From the NCBI GenBank assembly GCA_937903605.1, contig CALCZC010000007.1:37982-101981 (forward strand): DNA of 64,000 bases, written 5' to 3'. The translations under genes were made by a program, and so were the position numbers. Origin of the DNA: an uncultured bacterium (GTDB lineage: Bacteria; Patescibacteriota; Patescibacteriia; Magasanikbacterales; GWA2-37-8). Positions 18,370 to 27,630 of the stretch are shown in pieces (within the stretch, counting starts at the first letter, position 1; every line of letters starts with the position of its first letter). The notes beneath the pieces are model-generated. The model was not told where the DNA came from, made no database searches, and saw only the letters and a list, made by a program, of their open reading frames with translations.

Positions 18370-19557
18370 TTATTTAATCTTTACAAAAAACCTACTTCCC
18401 TTTTGGACGATATCTCCTTTCTTAATTTCTGTTTTGATATCTTCTACTTTGATATCGTTTATTTTGACTCCACCTTGAGCGATATTTTGTCTGGCTTCAG
18501 AGGTGCTTTTACAAATTTTACTTTCAACAAGCACGGTAATAATATCATTTTTACTTGGGAGAAGTTCGGGAATATCTGTTGGAATTTCTTTTTTGGAAAA
18601 AGTGCTTATAAAATATTCTTGAGCTTTTTGCGCTTCTTCTTCACTATGATACATTTTTACCAAACTTTGTCCGAGCTTCATCTTGTAATCTCGCGGATTA
18701 GCGCCATTTTTCATTTCTTCTTTATATTTTTCTATTTCTTCCATCGAAGTATCAGTTGCCAATTCAAAATATTTCAAAATTAAAGAATCCGGAATTGACA
18801 TTATTTTACCAAACATCTCTTCCGATTTATCGGTCAAACCGATAAAATTTCCGTAAGTCTTACTCATCTTTTTTTCACCATCCAAACCTTCCAAAATCGG
18901 TACAGTTATAATATCCTGTTCCTCTTGATCGTATTTTTTTTGCAATTTTCTACCCATTAACAAATTAAATTTTTGGTCCGTACCGCCCAATTCTACATCG
19001 GCCTCCAGAGCCACGCTGTCATATCCTTGCAATAGAGGATACATTATTTCTTGCATGGCAATATCGTTTCCTTCCGCCAACCTTTTTTGGAAATCATCGC
19101 GTTCCAAAATTCTCGCCACGGTAATTTTTGAAGATAATTCCATAAATAAACGGGCGGAGTCAGGCTTTCCAAACCATTCGCTATTGTGTCTCAATTCAAT
19201 ATTATTAATATCGATAACTTTGGAAGCTTGCTGTACATAGGTTTCCATATTTTTTTTAACCTGCTCCGGAGTCAAAGGCGGACGTGTTTCATTGCGACCG
19301 CTAGGATCGCCGATCATCGCCGTATAATCGCCTATAAGCAAAATTACCTGGTGACCGGCTTTCTGAAACTGACGCAATTTTTGCAAAGGCACGGCATGGC
19401 CGATATGCAATTGCGAGCCGGTCGGATCAATACCAAACTTAATCCTTAATTTTTTCCCGGATTCTAATTTTTTTTTCAAACTTTCTTTTTCAATAGCCTC
19501 ACTCACTCCGCGAGTCAAAAGTTCGTTGATTGTTTGTTCATCAATTTTGATTTTCAT
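18370..19557 (-). CDS. tyrS: Tyrosine--tRNA ligase
   Basis: GIDPTGSQLHIGH, YPLLQGYDS, GGTDQKFN, KMSKT, C-terminal S4 domain. Confidence 0.98.
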   Translation of the reverse strand: MKIKIDEQTINELLTRGVSEAIEKESLKKKLESGKKLRIKFGIDPTGSQLHIGHAVPLQKLRQFQKAGHQVILLIGDYTAMIGDPSGRNETRPPLTPEQVKKNMETYVQQASKVIDINNIELRHNSEWFGKPDSARLFMELSSKITVARILERDDFQKRLAEGNDIAMQEIMYPLLQGYDSVALEADVELGGTDQKFNLLMGRKLQKKYDQEEQDIITVPILEGLDGEKKMSKTYGNFIGLTDKSEEMFGKIMSIPDSLILKYFELATDTSMEEIEKYKEEMKNGANPRDYKMKLGQSLVKMYHSEEEAQKAQEYFISTFSKKEIPTDIPELLPSKNDIITVLVESKICKSTSEARQNIAQGGVKINDIKVEDIKTEIKKGDIVQKGSRFFVKIK

Positions 19558-19672
19558 ACTTTATAATTATTAAATAATAAGCAGGGTATAAAGTATCAAG
19601 TATGGAAACTTAATCTTAAATCAAAAGACCAAACCTTCCATACTTAATACTAAATACTATATACTAAATACC

Positions 19673-22324
19673 TCACAATTTTTTTAATTGTCCTTTAAGT
19701 TTATTTAATTTCTCTTGTGCTTCAACAAGTTTAGACTTCTCTTTCTCCACCACTACCACTGGAGCGTGAGCCATAAAATCCTGGTTGGCAAGTTTTGTCT
19801 GTAAAGAAACAAAATATTTTTCCGTTTCTTCAATTTCTTTTTCCAATCTGACTTTTTCTTTTTCCAAATCAACACTCCCGAGCACATCCAAAAATATTTC
19901 TACTCCTCCTTGCACAAAACCGACATAATTTTTTGGTTTTTTGGCTATCTTTTTAATAATCAATTCTTCCAATCTCCCCAGTCCTTTGATGATTTCCGAG
20001 TTCTTAGATAATAATTTCTTTTGCTGCCCGGCAGAAATAACGGCTTTGATTTTTTTGGCCGGTTCTATTTTATTATCCGCACGGGTTGCTCGAATTCCGG
20101 TGATAATATCCTTGATATTGCTAAAACTTTCAGTATTTTCTTTAATTTTCATTTTTGGCCAAGATGCAACCATCAACATTTCATTTTCTCCATAAACCTC
20201 CTGCCAAATAGTTTCTGTCACATATGGCATAAACGGATGCCATAATTTCAAGATAGTATTTAAGATATAATTCAAAATTTCAGATTTATCACCCTCAATT
20301 TTGGCGATTTCCAAATACCAATCCGCAAGTTCTCCCCAGGTAAAATCTCGCAATATTTCTCCACTAAAAGAAAAGTTATATTTTTCCAAATTATCCGTAA
20401 CTTGTGCAACTATTTTGTTCAATTCACTCAAAATCCATTTGTCCGCTATTGTTTTACCTTTTGGTTGTTTGATATCTTTTTGAGATTGCGGAATATTGAG
20501 CAACATAAATCGCGAAATATTCCAAAGCTTGTTGGTAAAATTACGAAAACCGGCAATTTTTTCCTCGGATAATTTCAAATCATTTCCCGGAGTATTTCCG
20601 AGCAAGGTAGACAAACGCGTAGCATCTGTGCCATATTTTTCAATCATGTCTAGCGGATCAATAGAGTTACCGAGTGATTTACTCATCTTACGCCCTTGTT
20701 CATCTCTGACCATACCGTGCAGATAAACTTTTTCAAATGGAATATCTCCCAAGGCGTAGGTGGTCATGAGAATCATGCGCGCTACCCAAAAGAAAATAAT
20801 GTCATAGCCTGTTTCCAAAACACTGGTCGGATGGAAATTTTTGAAATCAGCGGTTTTTTCCGGATAGCCTAAGGTGGAAAAAGTCCAAAGTCCGGAACTA
20901 AACCAGGTGTCCAGAGTGTCAGGATCTTGTGTCCAGCCTTCTTCTTTTGGTGCTTCAATGCCGACTTTGATTTTCTTTCCTTTATACCAAACAGGGATCT
21001 GGTGTCCATACCAAATCTGACGAGAAATACACCAATCGTTTAAATTTTTGATCCAATTGAAATATACTTTTTCAAAACGGTCAGGAATAATCTCTATCTG
21101 TTTTTTTTCTACAACTTTAAGCATCAATTCTTTGAGAGTTACTTCACTTCCAGGTTCTATGCCTTTTATTTTTTTGCCTTTAAATTTGAATTTTTTGTTT
21201 ACCGCCACAAACCATTGATCCGATGGCAATGGTTCAATAGGTGTTTCACAGCGATAACAAACGGATAAATTATTGGGAATATCTTTTTCTTCAATCATCA
21301 AACCCTCGGCAATCAAATTCTCAACCACTTTTTTTCTGGCTTCTTTTACGGTCAAACCCGCATATTCTTTGCCGGCCTGCGCGGTCATCTTGCCGTCTTC
21401 GTCAATAATTTTGATTATCGGCAAATCATTTTTTATTGCCATGTCGTAATCAACTTTGCTATGCGCCGGGGTAACACCAAGCGCGCCGGTACCAAAAGTC
21501 ATATCAACTGACTCATCGGCGATAATTTTTATTTTTAAATCACTGCCTTTGGCAAAACTTTTTACTTCAAAAGTTTGACCGATATATTGTTTATATCTAA
21601 CATCTCCGGGATTAACTGCGATAGCCGTGTCGCCTAGCTTGGTTTCCGGACGGGTTGTGGAAATGGCAATCGGAAAAACGGAAGAATATTTGAAAGTATA
21701 AAATTTGGCGCTTTGTTCTTTGTATTCCACTTCATCATCAGCCAAAGTACTATGACATCTCGGACACCAGTTCACAATTCTATACCCGCGATAAATCAAA
21801 TCATCGTCATACATTTTTTTAAATATGGTTTTTACCGCCAAGTTTCTTTTACTATCCAGTGTGAACGCTTCTCTGCTCCAATCTAAACTCGCGCCCATTT
21901 TTTTACTTTGGGTATTTATCGTATCATGAGATTTTTGCGCAAAATCATTTACTTCCGCCAAAAATTTTTCTCTGCCCAACTCTATTTTCGGATCTTTGAT
22001 TCCTTTTTCCATCAAGATTTTTTCTACTTTGGTTTGAGTAGCAATAGCCGCATGATCGGTTCCGGGCAACCAAAGAGTTTTTTCACCTTTCATCCGGTGA
22101 TAGCGCGTGATAGTGTCTTCTATCGCCAACATGGAAGCATGGCCCATGTGCAAAATACCGGTTACATTTGGCGGGGGCAACACCATAGAAAACGGTTTGG
22201 CATTTTTCTTACAAACGCCTTTTTGTACGCAAACATCAGGATTGAATAGACCACTATCTTCCCATTTTTTATAAATATTATCTTCAAACTGTTTTGGCTC
22301 GTAGGCCTTGTATAGTTCATGCAT
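19673..22324 (-). CDS. valS: Valine--tRNA ligase
   Basis: PPPNVTGILHMGH, DWCISRQIWYGH, DTWFSS, KMSKS; ATG at 22324 preferred. Confidence 0.98.
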   Translation of the reverse strand: MHELYKAYEPKQFEDNIYKKWEDSGLFNPDVCVQKGVCKKNAKPFSMVLPPPNVTGILHMGHASMLAIEDTITRYHRMKGEKTLWLPGTDHAAIATQTKVEKILMEKGIKDPKIELGREKFLAEVNDFAQKSHDTINTQSKKMGASLDWSREAFTLDSKRNLAVKTIFKKMYDDDLIYRGYRIVNWCPRCHSTLADDEVEYKEQSAKFYTFKYSSVFPIAISTTRPETKLGDTAIAVNPGDVRYKQYIGQTFEVKSFAKGSDLKIKIIADESVDMTFGTGALGVTPAHSKVDYDMAIKNDLPIIKIIDEDGKMTAQAGKEYAGLTVKEARKKVVENLIAEGLMIEEKDIPNNLSVCYRCETPIEPLPSDQWFVAVNKKFKFKGKKIKGIEPGSEVTLKELMLKVVEKKQIEIIPDRFEKVYFNWIKNLNDWCISRQIWYGHQIPVWYKGKKIKVGIEAPKEEGWTQDPDTLDTWFSSGLWTFSTLGYPEKTADFKNFHPTSVLETGYDIIFFWVARMILMTTYALGDIPFEKVYLHGMVRDEQGRKMSKSLGNSIDPLDMIEKYGTDATRLSTLLGNTPGNDLKLSEEKIAGFRNFTNKLWNISRFMLLNIPQSQKDIKQPKGKTIADKWILSELNKIVAQVTDNLEKYNFSFSGEILRDFTWGELADWYLEIAKIEGDKSEILNYILNTILKLWHPFMPYVTETIWQEVYGENEMLMVASWPKMKIKENTESFSNIKDIITGIRATRADNKIEPAKKIKAVISAGQQKKLLSKNSEIIKGLGRLEELIIKKIAKKPKNYVGFVQGGVEIFLDVLGSVDLEKEKVRLEKEIEETEKYFVSLQTKLANQDFMAHAPVVVVEKEKSKLVEAQEKLNKLKGQLKKL

Positions 22325-22556
22325 AAAATACGAAAAATACACAAAAGATTTCCGAGTTAATATCGGAATCTCTTTTTTTGTAATTTTACAGGAAAAAAAA
22401 GAAATTTGCAAGGCAAATTTCGACTTCGGACTATAGACTACAGACTGTAATTAGACTTCAGTCAATCAGACTACGGACTACATATAGACTGGAGTCTGAA
22501 GACCGTAAATTATTGACGTTTTTTATTTAATATTAGCCAAAAAACAGCTTAGACAC

Positions 22557-23029
22557 TTGACAAAATAGTCAAAATATGCTATCATATATTGTTTAGTGCC
22601 TGGATTTTCGCTAAAATATGTTTAGACTTCGGACTACGGTCTACGGACTTCTCGGTAAGCAGAAGACTGAAGACAGTAGACTGAAGACCAATATCGCTCT
22701 TTACAATAAATGTGTGTGTTTAACCGGACTTCAGACTACAGGCTACAGACTACAAAATCTGGAGGCTGAAGACTGAAGACCGAAGACTAGTGTTAATTGG
22801 ATGAAGAGAGAAAAGTATGAAATAAGCTAGTAAGCAATAAGCTTGTAAGTCTACCTATCGGTAGACAGGCTGATAAGCTAAGAAGTTGACGAGATACAAA
22901 GCCCATGAAATAAATTTTAAAGAGGGCTGTAGTCAGAAGACTGTAGACTGAAGACCGAATTTACTTTTTTCTTTCCATCCAATTAACATATATTTTAAGC
23001 ATTACAAACAACAATACAAGGAGCGTGTC
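22557..23029 (+). promoter_or_regulatory. Sigma70 promoter and long structured 5' leader of lipoprotein 1
   Basis: TTGACA(22557)-N17-TATCAT(22580) with TG extension; boxA-like CGCTCTTTACAA (22695-22706); long stem 22791-22817/22962-22988; SD AAGGAG. Confidence 0.7.
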
Positions 23030-23656
23030 ATGAAGAACACCAAGAAAAACGCCTTCGCTTCCGTTTTCATCTCGTGTATCATTTTTATTACCTTTATCAC
23101 TATCACTTCATGTGGCGGTGAAGAACCGAATCTGCCTGACGACGATCAGGACAATGACGAAATCGCTGTTACCGACGATGAGCCGGTTGACAACGAACAG
23201 CCTGATGATGTAGTGGACGAAGAACCGGTTGACGATGATCAGCAGATTGATTGGTGTGGCCGTCTGGACCAGAACTATCGTCTCAGTGGTGAACCGATTT
23301 GGGAAGACCCGGAATTTCATTATGAATATCCGGTTACAATGACCAACAAAAAAGAGGGCTGTAATGTTATTTCGATGAACGAAGAACACGGCCCCTACAT
23401 TGAGTTCACTACTCAAGCTGAAAGTCTTCCGCTGGAAGGTCCTGACACCGCATATAATAACGGTTGTATCTGGTTCCTTTTCAAGCACGATCCGACTCCT
23501 TTTGGAAAAGATCAAGGACTCCTTTGGAGAAGGATTTGTCCAAAAGAACTTTTTGACAAATGGGAAGTTGAATGCCGAGAATTATCGGAAGATATTCCGG
23601 TAAAATACAAAGACGGAAATTGGTGCGCTGACTGGTGGATGGATGTCTACCGATAA
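23030..23656 (+). CDS. Putative lipoprotein 1 (constant acidic N-terminus, unique C-terminal domain)
   Basis: Signal peptide ending ITSC-GGEEP, Asp/Glu-rich linker, strong SD, terminator at 23671-23706. Confidence 0.8.
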   Translation: MKNTKKNAFASVFISCIIFITFITITSCGGEEPNLPDDDQDNDEIAVTDDEPVDNEQPDDVVDEEPVDDDQQIDWCGRLDQNYRLSGEPIWEDPEFHYEYPVTMTNKKEGCNVISMNEEHGPYIEFTTQAESLPLEGPDTAYNNGCIWFLFKHDPTPFGKDQGLLWRRICPKELFDKWEVECRELSEDIPVKYKDGNWCADWWMDVYR

Positions 23657-23714
23657 GCGTCCAAAAATTCAAAGAGCCAAGGCTTTCTGCCGAGGCTCTT
23701 TTTTTATTTATCCT

Positions 23715-23931
23715 GTGAAATTCTAAATATTTTAATATTGTAATATTTTAATATTTTATTTCTATTCAACTATCACACTCCCATTATATAGCACCCAGGC
23801 TTTATTTTGAGTTTGAACACAATCGTTTTGATTTACGGAAATTTCAGCATAACACCCGTTCCCCGTATAATTAGGATTCATACCTGTATCACACCTTCCA
23901 CTACACCACCCCCAATTATCCAACACCTGAA
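23715..23931. repeat. 217-bp direct repeat, copy A (copy B is 25980-26196)
   Basis: Base-by-base comparison shows one mismatch (synonymous Val codon GTT/GTA near the stop). Confidence 0.93.
23762..23929 (-). pseudogene. Orphan C-terminal cassette 1 of the giant Cys-rich protein
   Basis: Reads QVLDNWGWCSGRCDTGMNPNYTGNGCYAEISVNQNDCVQTQNKAWVLYNGSVIVE*; no ATG or SD; begins a few nt after the ATPase stop. Confidence 0.85.
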
Positions 23932-23935
23932 AATT

Positions 23936-25141
23936 TTATATCTGCCAAGGATAAAATAAATTATTTTTATCAATCTGTTTTTCTTTATCCAAAACAACAT
24001 AATTTAAAGCGATTTGAGGATAGTTTTCCAAAAATAATTTATATTTTTCATCATTATAATTACTACTTTTTGTTTTAACTTCAAAAGCTTGTTTTTCTTC
24101 AACAATAAAGTCTACTTCTTTTTTGTCGCGTGTCCGCCAAAATTTCAAATCTTCAGTGTCATACTTATTTAACAATTGACGAAAAGCCCCATTTTCAAGT
24201 AGTTGTCCCTTATCATCACGTTCATAAAAATTATCGAAATTATTTTTGAAGAAATTACGCATACCAGAATCACCAAAATAACATTTGGGCATTTTGATTA
24301 GTTCTTTGCGTATATTTTTATAAAACGGTCGCATTAAAAAAATATGAAAACTTTTTTGCATAACCTTCAAGTATTTATCAATCGTTATTTTGGTAACTCC
24401 AAGAGTCGCAGAAAGCTCGGAAATATTTACCAGCTCCCCTACTTGCCCGCTCAATATTTTCATCAATCGGAAAAAAGTTTCCTCTTGATTTATGTCGGCT
24501 TCGTAAATATCTTTTTTGATATACGAATACGCCAAATCTTTCAAAACCTCTTGTTTCTCCGGAATACTTTTGGCCAATACTACCCGCGGATAACCCCCAT
24601 AAGTTAGATATTCCAAATATAGCGGCATTATTTTTTCTTGAAGTTGTAACGGTAATTCTTTTGATATATCTGTTTTAGACAAATCATCCTCACCTTTAAA
24701 TTTCAAAAACTCTTCAAAAGACAGAGTTAATAAATACAAAATTTTCTTTCTGCCGGCCAATGAATCTTTGAATTTTTTATCCAAATAAAAAGCAGAGGAA
24801 CCGGAAGCGATGATTTTTATTTTCCCTTTATATTCATCATAAAAATATTTCAAAAAATTAGAGGGGTCTTTTAAATATTGAATCTCATCAACAAAAAGAT
24901 AGTTCCTTTTTTCTTTATCAAAAGGAATAATATTAAATAAATTTTTCGGAGAATCATTTAAAAGACGCAAAAAATCAGGATCTTCTAAATTTAAAAAATG
25001 GCATGTATTTCCATTTTGTTTTAAATATTCAAGAGCTTGGCGCATACTGGTAGTTTTGCCAACTTGCCTGGGTCCTATGATCAACACAACTTCGTCGTTT
25101 GATAAATTTTCTTTTATATTAGCCAAAATTTTTCTTTCCAT
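23936..25141 (-). CDS. AAA+ ATPase, AAA_14 + DUF4143 family
   Basis: Walker A GPRQVGKT, Walker B FVDEIQ, SGSS, GGYP, D.G.RN, G.LLEN, EVDF...FEVK. Confidence 0.93.
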   Translation of the reverse strand: MERKILANIKENLSNDEVVLIIGPRQVGKTTSMRQALEYLKQNGNTCHFLNLEDPDFLRLLNDSPKNLFNIIPFDKEKRNYLFVDEIQYLKDPSNFLKYFYDEYKGKIKIIASGSSAFYLDKKFKDSLAGRKKILYLLTLSFEEFLKFKGEDDLSKTDISKELPLQLQEKIMPLYLEYLTYGGYPRVVLAKSIPEKQEVLKDLAYSYIKKDIYEADINQEETFFRLMKILSGQVGELVNISELSATLGVTKITIDKYLKVMQKSFHIFLMRPFYKNIRKELIKMPKCYFGDSGMRNFFKNNFDNFYERDDKGQLLENGAFRQLLNKYDTEDLKFWRTRDKKEVDFIVEEKQAFEVKTKSSNYNDEKYKLFLENYPQIALNYVVLDKEKQIDKNNLFYPWQI

Positions 25142-25223
25142 ATAGTTATTTTAGATAATTTATATACTACAATATATAATATATCAGACTATTTATATTT
25201 TGTCAATATAAAAAAGATATTTT

Positions 25224-25365
25224 TCTCTTGACAATCCCTCTGTTTTATGTCAATATACGTTGTTTAGTCTCAATATCTGCGCTAAAATAAAAAATATAAA
25301 TAGCTCTTTAATAATTTTTTAATGTGTTATAAACTTTTTGCAAGGAGAGTGTCATGAAAAAGAAC
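25224..25365 (+). repeat. 142-bp exact direct repeat (promoter, leader, RBS, first codons), copy A (copy B is 27489-27630)
   Basis: Identical from TCTCTTGACAATCC to ATGAAAAAGAAC. Confidence 0.95.
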
Positions 25366-25851
25366 GCTTTCACGGTCACGGTTGTGGCCATCGCCTTTGC
25401 CTTCATTTTCATCGCCTGTGGCGGTGAGGAACCGGAACATCCGGATGACGATCAGAACAATGACGAGATTGCTGTTACCGACGATGAGCCGGACAACGAA
25501 CAGCCCGATGATGTTATCGATGAAGAAAATCCTGATGAAGATCAAGTAGTTATCGCAAATTGCGAAAAATTACTTGACATTGTCGGAGATTGGACTAGTA
25601 TCAATATTGAAGGGTATGATATTACGGTAACAGTCACACCCAAAGAAAAAAATTGTGAAGTAGCAGTGGAATGGACCAAAGGATATTCCGGAGTACAAAA
25701 ATGGTATGGATTAGAGCTCCCCCTGACTTATTGGGAAGAGGAAGCTTATAGAAACTACACCCTGAAAAAAACCGGAGAAAATCTGGTTCGAGAAGATACT
25801 CTTAAAACTGGAGGATTTGATAATGAGTGGGTCTTCAAAAAAATTCAGTAA
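25354..25851 (+). CDS. Putative lipoprotein 2
   Basis: FIAC-GGEEP lipobox-like site, same acidic linker, different C-terminal domain; terminator at 25917-25946. Confidence 0.8.
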   Translation: MKKNAFTVTVVAIAFAFIFIACGGEEPEHPDDDQNNDEIAVTDDEPDNEQPDDVIDEENPDEDQVVIANCEKLLDIVGDWTSINIEGYDITVTVTPKEKNCEVAVEWTKGYSGVQKWYGLELPLTYWEEEAYRNYTLKKTGENLVREDTLKTGGFDNEWVFKKIQ

Positions 25852-25979
25852 TTCGGATACAGGAGTCCGAATTCTGAATTTAGAGGGTAGGAAAAAAAAC
25901 ACACCCTCAAAACTTCAAAGCCCAGGCATTGCCTGGGCTCTTTTTTATCCAATTTTTCTTTTCTTAATATCTTCACCCC

Positions 25980-26196
25980 GTGAAATTCTAAATATTTTAA
26001 TATTGTAATATTTTAATATTTTATTTCTATTCTACTATCACACTCCCATTATATAGCACCCAGGCTTTATTTTGAGTTTGAACACAATCGTTTTGATTTA
26101 CGGAAATTTCAGCATAACACCCGTTCCCCGTATAATTAGGATTCATACCTGTATCACACCTTCCACTACACCACCCCCAATTATCCAACACCTGAA
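25980..26196. repeat. 217-bp direct repeat, copy B
   Basis: Matches 23715-23931 with one mismatch. Confidence 0.93.
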
Positions 26197-26263
26197 CTCG
26201 CGGGAATCTGGCGTTAATAGGACCTGAATAATAAATACTTAAATAAAATATAATATTCTTCAC
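26027..26263 (-). pseudogene. Orphan C-terminal cassette 2 of the giant Cys-rich protein
   Basis: PRVQVLDNWGWCSGRC...GCYA...DCV...W..YNG.VIVE* aligns with the last ~62 aa of the 2976-aa protein; only a GTG start without SD. Confidence 0.85.
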
Positions 26264-26271
26264 TACAAACT

Positions 26272-27396
26272 TTAAACCAAAAACTCTAAATAATTTTCTC
26301 TATTGATCACTTTGTATTCACTCTCTGAATATGTTTTTTTCCAGTCTTTTGGTGCGTCTTTTTTAAAATTTTGCGACCATTTTATTTCAAAGGCTCGAAG
26401 CTGTCCGTCTTTATCCTCAATCAAATCTATTTCTTGTCCGGCATATGTTCGCCAAAAATAAAGATTACCATAACTTTCTTTATATTCATCTTTTTTTATT
26501 TTTTCCATTACTACAAAATTTTCAAATAATCTTCCGACATCATCTCTATCATTTAAATCATTAAATTGTGAAATTACTGCATTTCTGATACCGTTGTCTA
26601 AAAAATAATATTTAGCTTTAGTCGTAATTTCTTGGCGTAAATTGCGAGAAAAACCACCCATCCTTTTTATTACAAAACCTTTTTCCAAAATATCCAGATA
26701 TTTAGCCACCGTTTTTACATCCATTTTTATCTGCGTTGCCAATTCACTCAAAGAAACCTCATTACCAACTTGAAAAGCCAATAACTTTAACAAATTTAAA
26801 AGCTGAAAAGAGCCACGAATTTTTTCAATATTCAAAACATCTTTTAATAAATAAGAAGATACCAATTCATTGAGTATCGCAATCTTTTCTTTTTTTGTTT
26901 TTGCTAAAAATACTTCTGGATAAGAGCCAAAAATCAAAAACTCTGTAAGCTTTTCTTGTAACTCTTGTTTATTATAAACATTCAATAACTCAATTTGAGA
27001 AAAAGGATATAAAATCAAAGTTTTCTTTCTTCCGGTAAGTGGTTCCCCTATTTTTTGTTCTAAATCAAAAGAAGACGACCCTGTAACCACCACATAAATC
27101 CCTGGAATTTGGTCAACTAAAATTTTCAACGCCATACCAATGTTTGGAATATTTTGTGCTTCGTCTATGGTAATCAATTCATACCCCTCTGCATAGGCTA
27201 AAATTTTGGAAAAATCTTGAGAAGCCAGTATTTCTTGGGTTTTGATATTATCCCCAGAATCAATTTTATATTTTAATTCAGTTTTAGCCAAAAAATCGTT
27301 TAAAAGAGTTGTTTTCCCTACTCTTCTAGGCCCATAAACAACTAAAACTTTGTTTTTTTGTTTAATATTAGCCAAATTATAATATCTTGGTAACAT
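26272..27396 (-). CDS. AAA+ ATPase, AAA_14 + DUF4143 family (second, divergent paralogue)
   Basis: GPRRVGKT, IDEAQ, TGSS, GSYP, DNGIRN, G.LFEN, EIDL...FEIKW. Confidence 0.93.
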   Translation of the reverse strand: MLPRYYNLANIKQKNKVLVVYGPRRVGKTTLLNDFLAKTELKYKIDSGDNIKTQEILASQDFSKILAYAEGYELITIDEAQNIPNIGMALKILVDQIPGIYVVVTGSSSFDLEQKIGEPLTGRKKTLILYPFSQIELLNVYNKQELQEKLTEFLIFGSYPEVFLAKTKKEKIAILNELVSSYLLKDVLNIEKIRGSFQLLNLLKLLAFQVGNEVSLSELATQIKMDVKTVAKYLDILEKGFVIKRMGGFSRNLRQEITTKAKYYFLDNGIRNAVISQFNDLNDRDDVGRLFENFVVMEKIKKDEYKESYGNLYFWRTYAGQEIDLIEDKDGQLRAFEIKWSQNFKKDAPKDWKKTYSESEYKVINRENYLEFLV

Positions 27397-27428
27397 ATAT
27401 AATCATTACTTTTTAATTAAATATAAGG

Positions 27429-27476
27429 ATTTCTATTCCTTATATTTATTATAAAATAAAGGAATAGAAATGTCAA
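27429..27476 (-). promoter_or_regulatory. Consensus sigma70 promoter of ATPase 2 with a 13-bp inverted repeat
   Basis: TTGACA (27471-27476) N17 TATAAT (27448-27453); ATTTCTATTCCTT (27429-27441) and AAGGAATAGAAAT (27459-27471) flank the -10. Confidence 0.75.
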
Positions 27477-27488
27477 GAGAGAAAAATG

Positions 27489-27630
27489 TCTCTTGACAAT
27501 CCCTCTGTTTTATGTCAATATACGTTGTTTAGTCTCAATATCTGCGCTAAAATAAAAAATATAAATAGCTCTTTAATAATTTTTTAATGTGTTATAAACT
27601 TTTTGCAAGGAGAGTGTCATGAAAAAGAAC
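27489..27630 (+). repeat. 142-bp exact direct repeat, copy B
   Basis: Identical to 25224-25365. Confidence 0.95.

Noticed and set aside
22325-22411. T-box leader or N-terminal extension of valS
   Set aside because: Only a simple hairpin; no T-box motif, and the extension does not resemble ValRS
22412-22960. CRISPR array suggested by the repeated GACT-containing motifs
   Set aside because: Units are degenerate 7-mers forming hairpins, with no constant 23-47-bp repeat, no unique spacers and no cas genes
23762-25141. Stop-codon readthrough fusing ATPase 1 to cassette 1 (same frame after TAA)
   Set aside because: The equivalent junction in the second unit is out of frame and TAA is a poor readthrough codon, so probably coincidence
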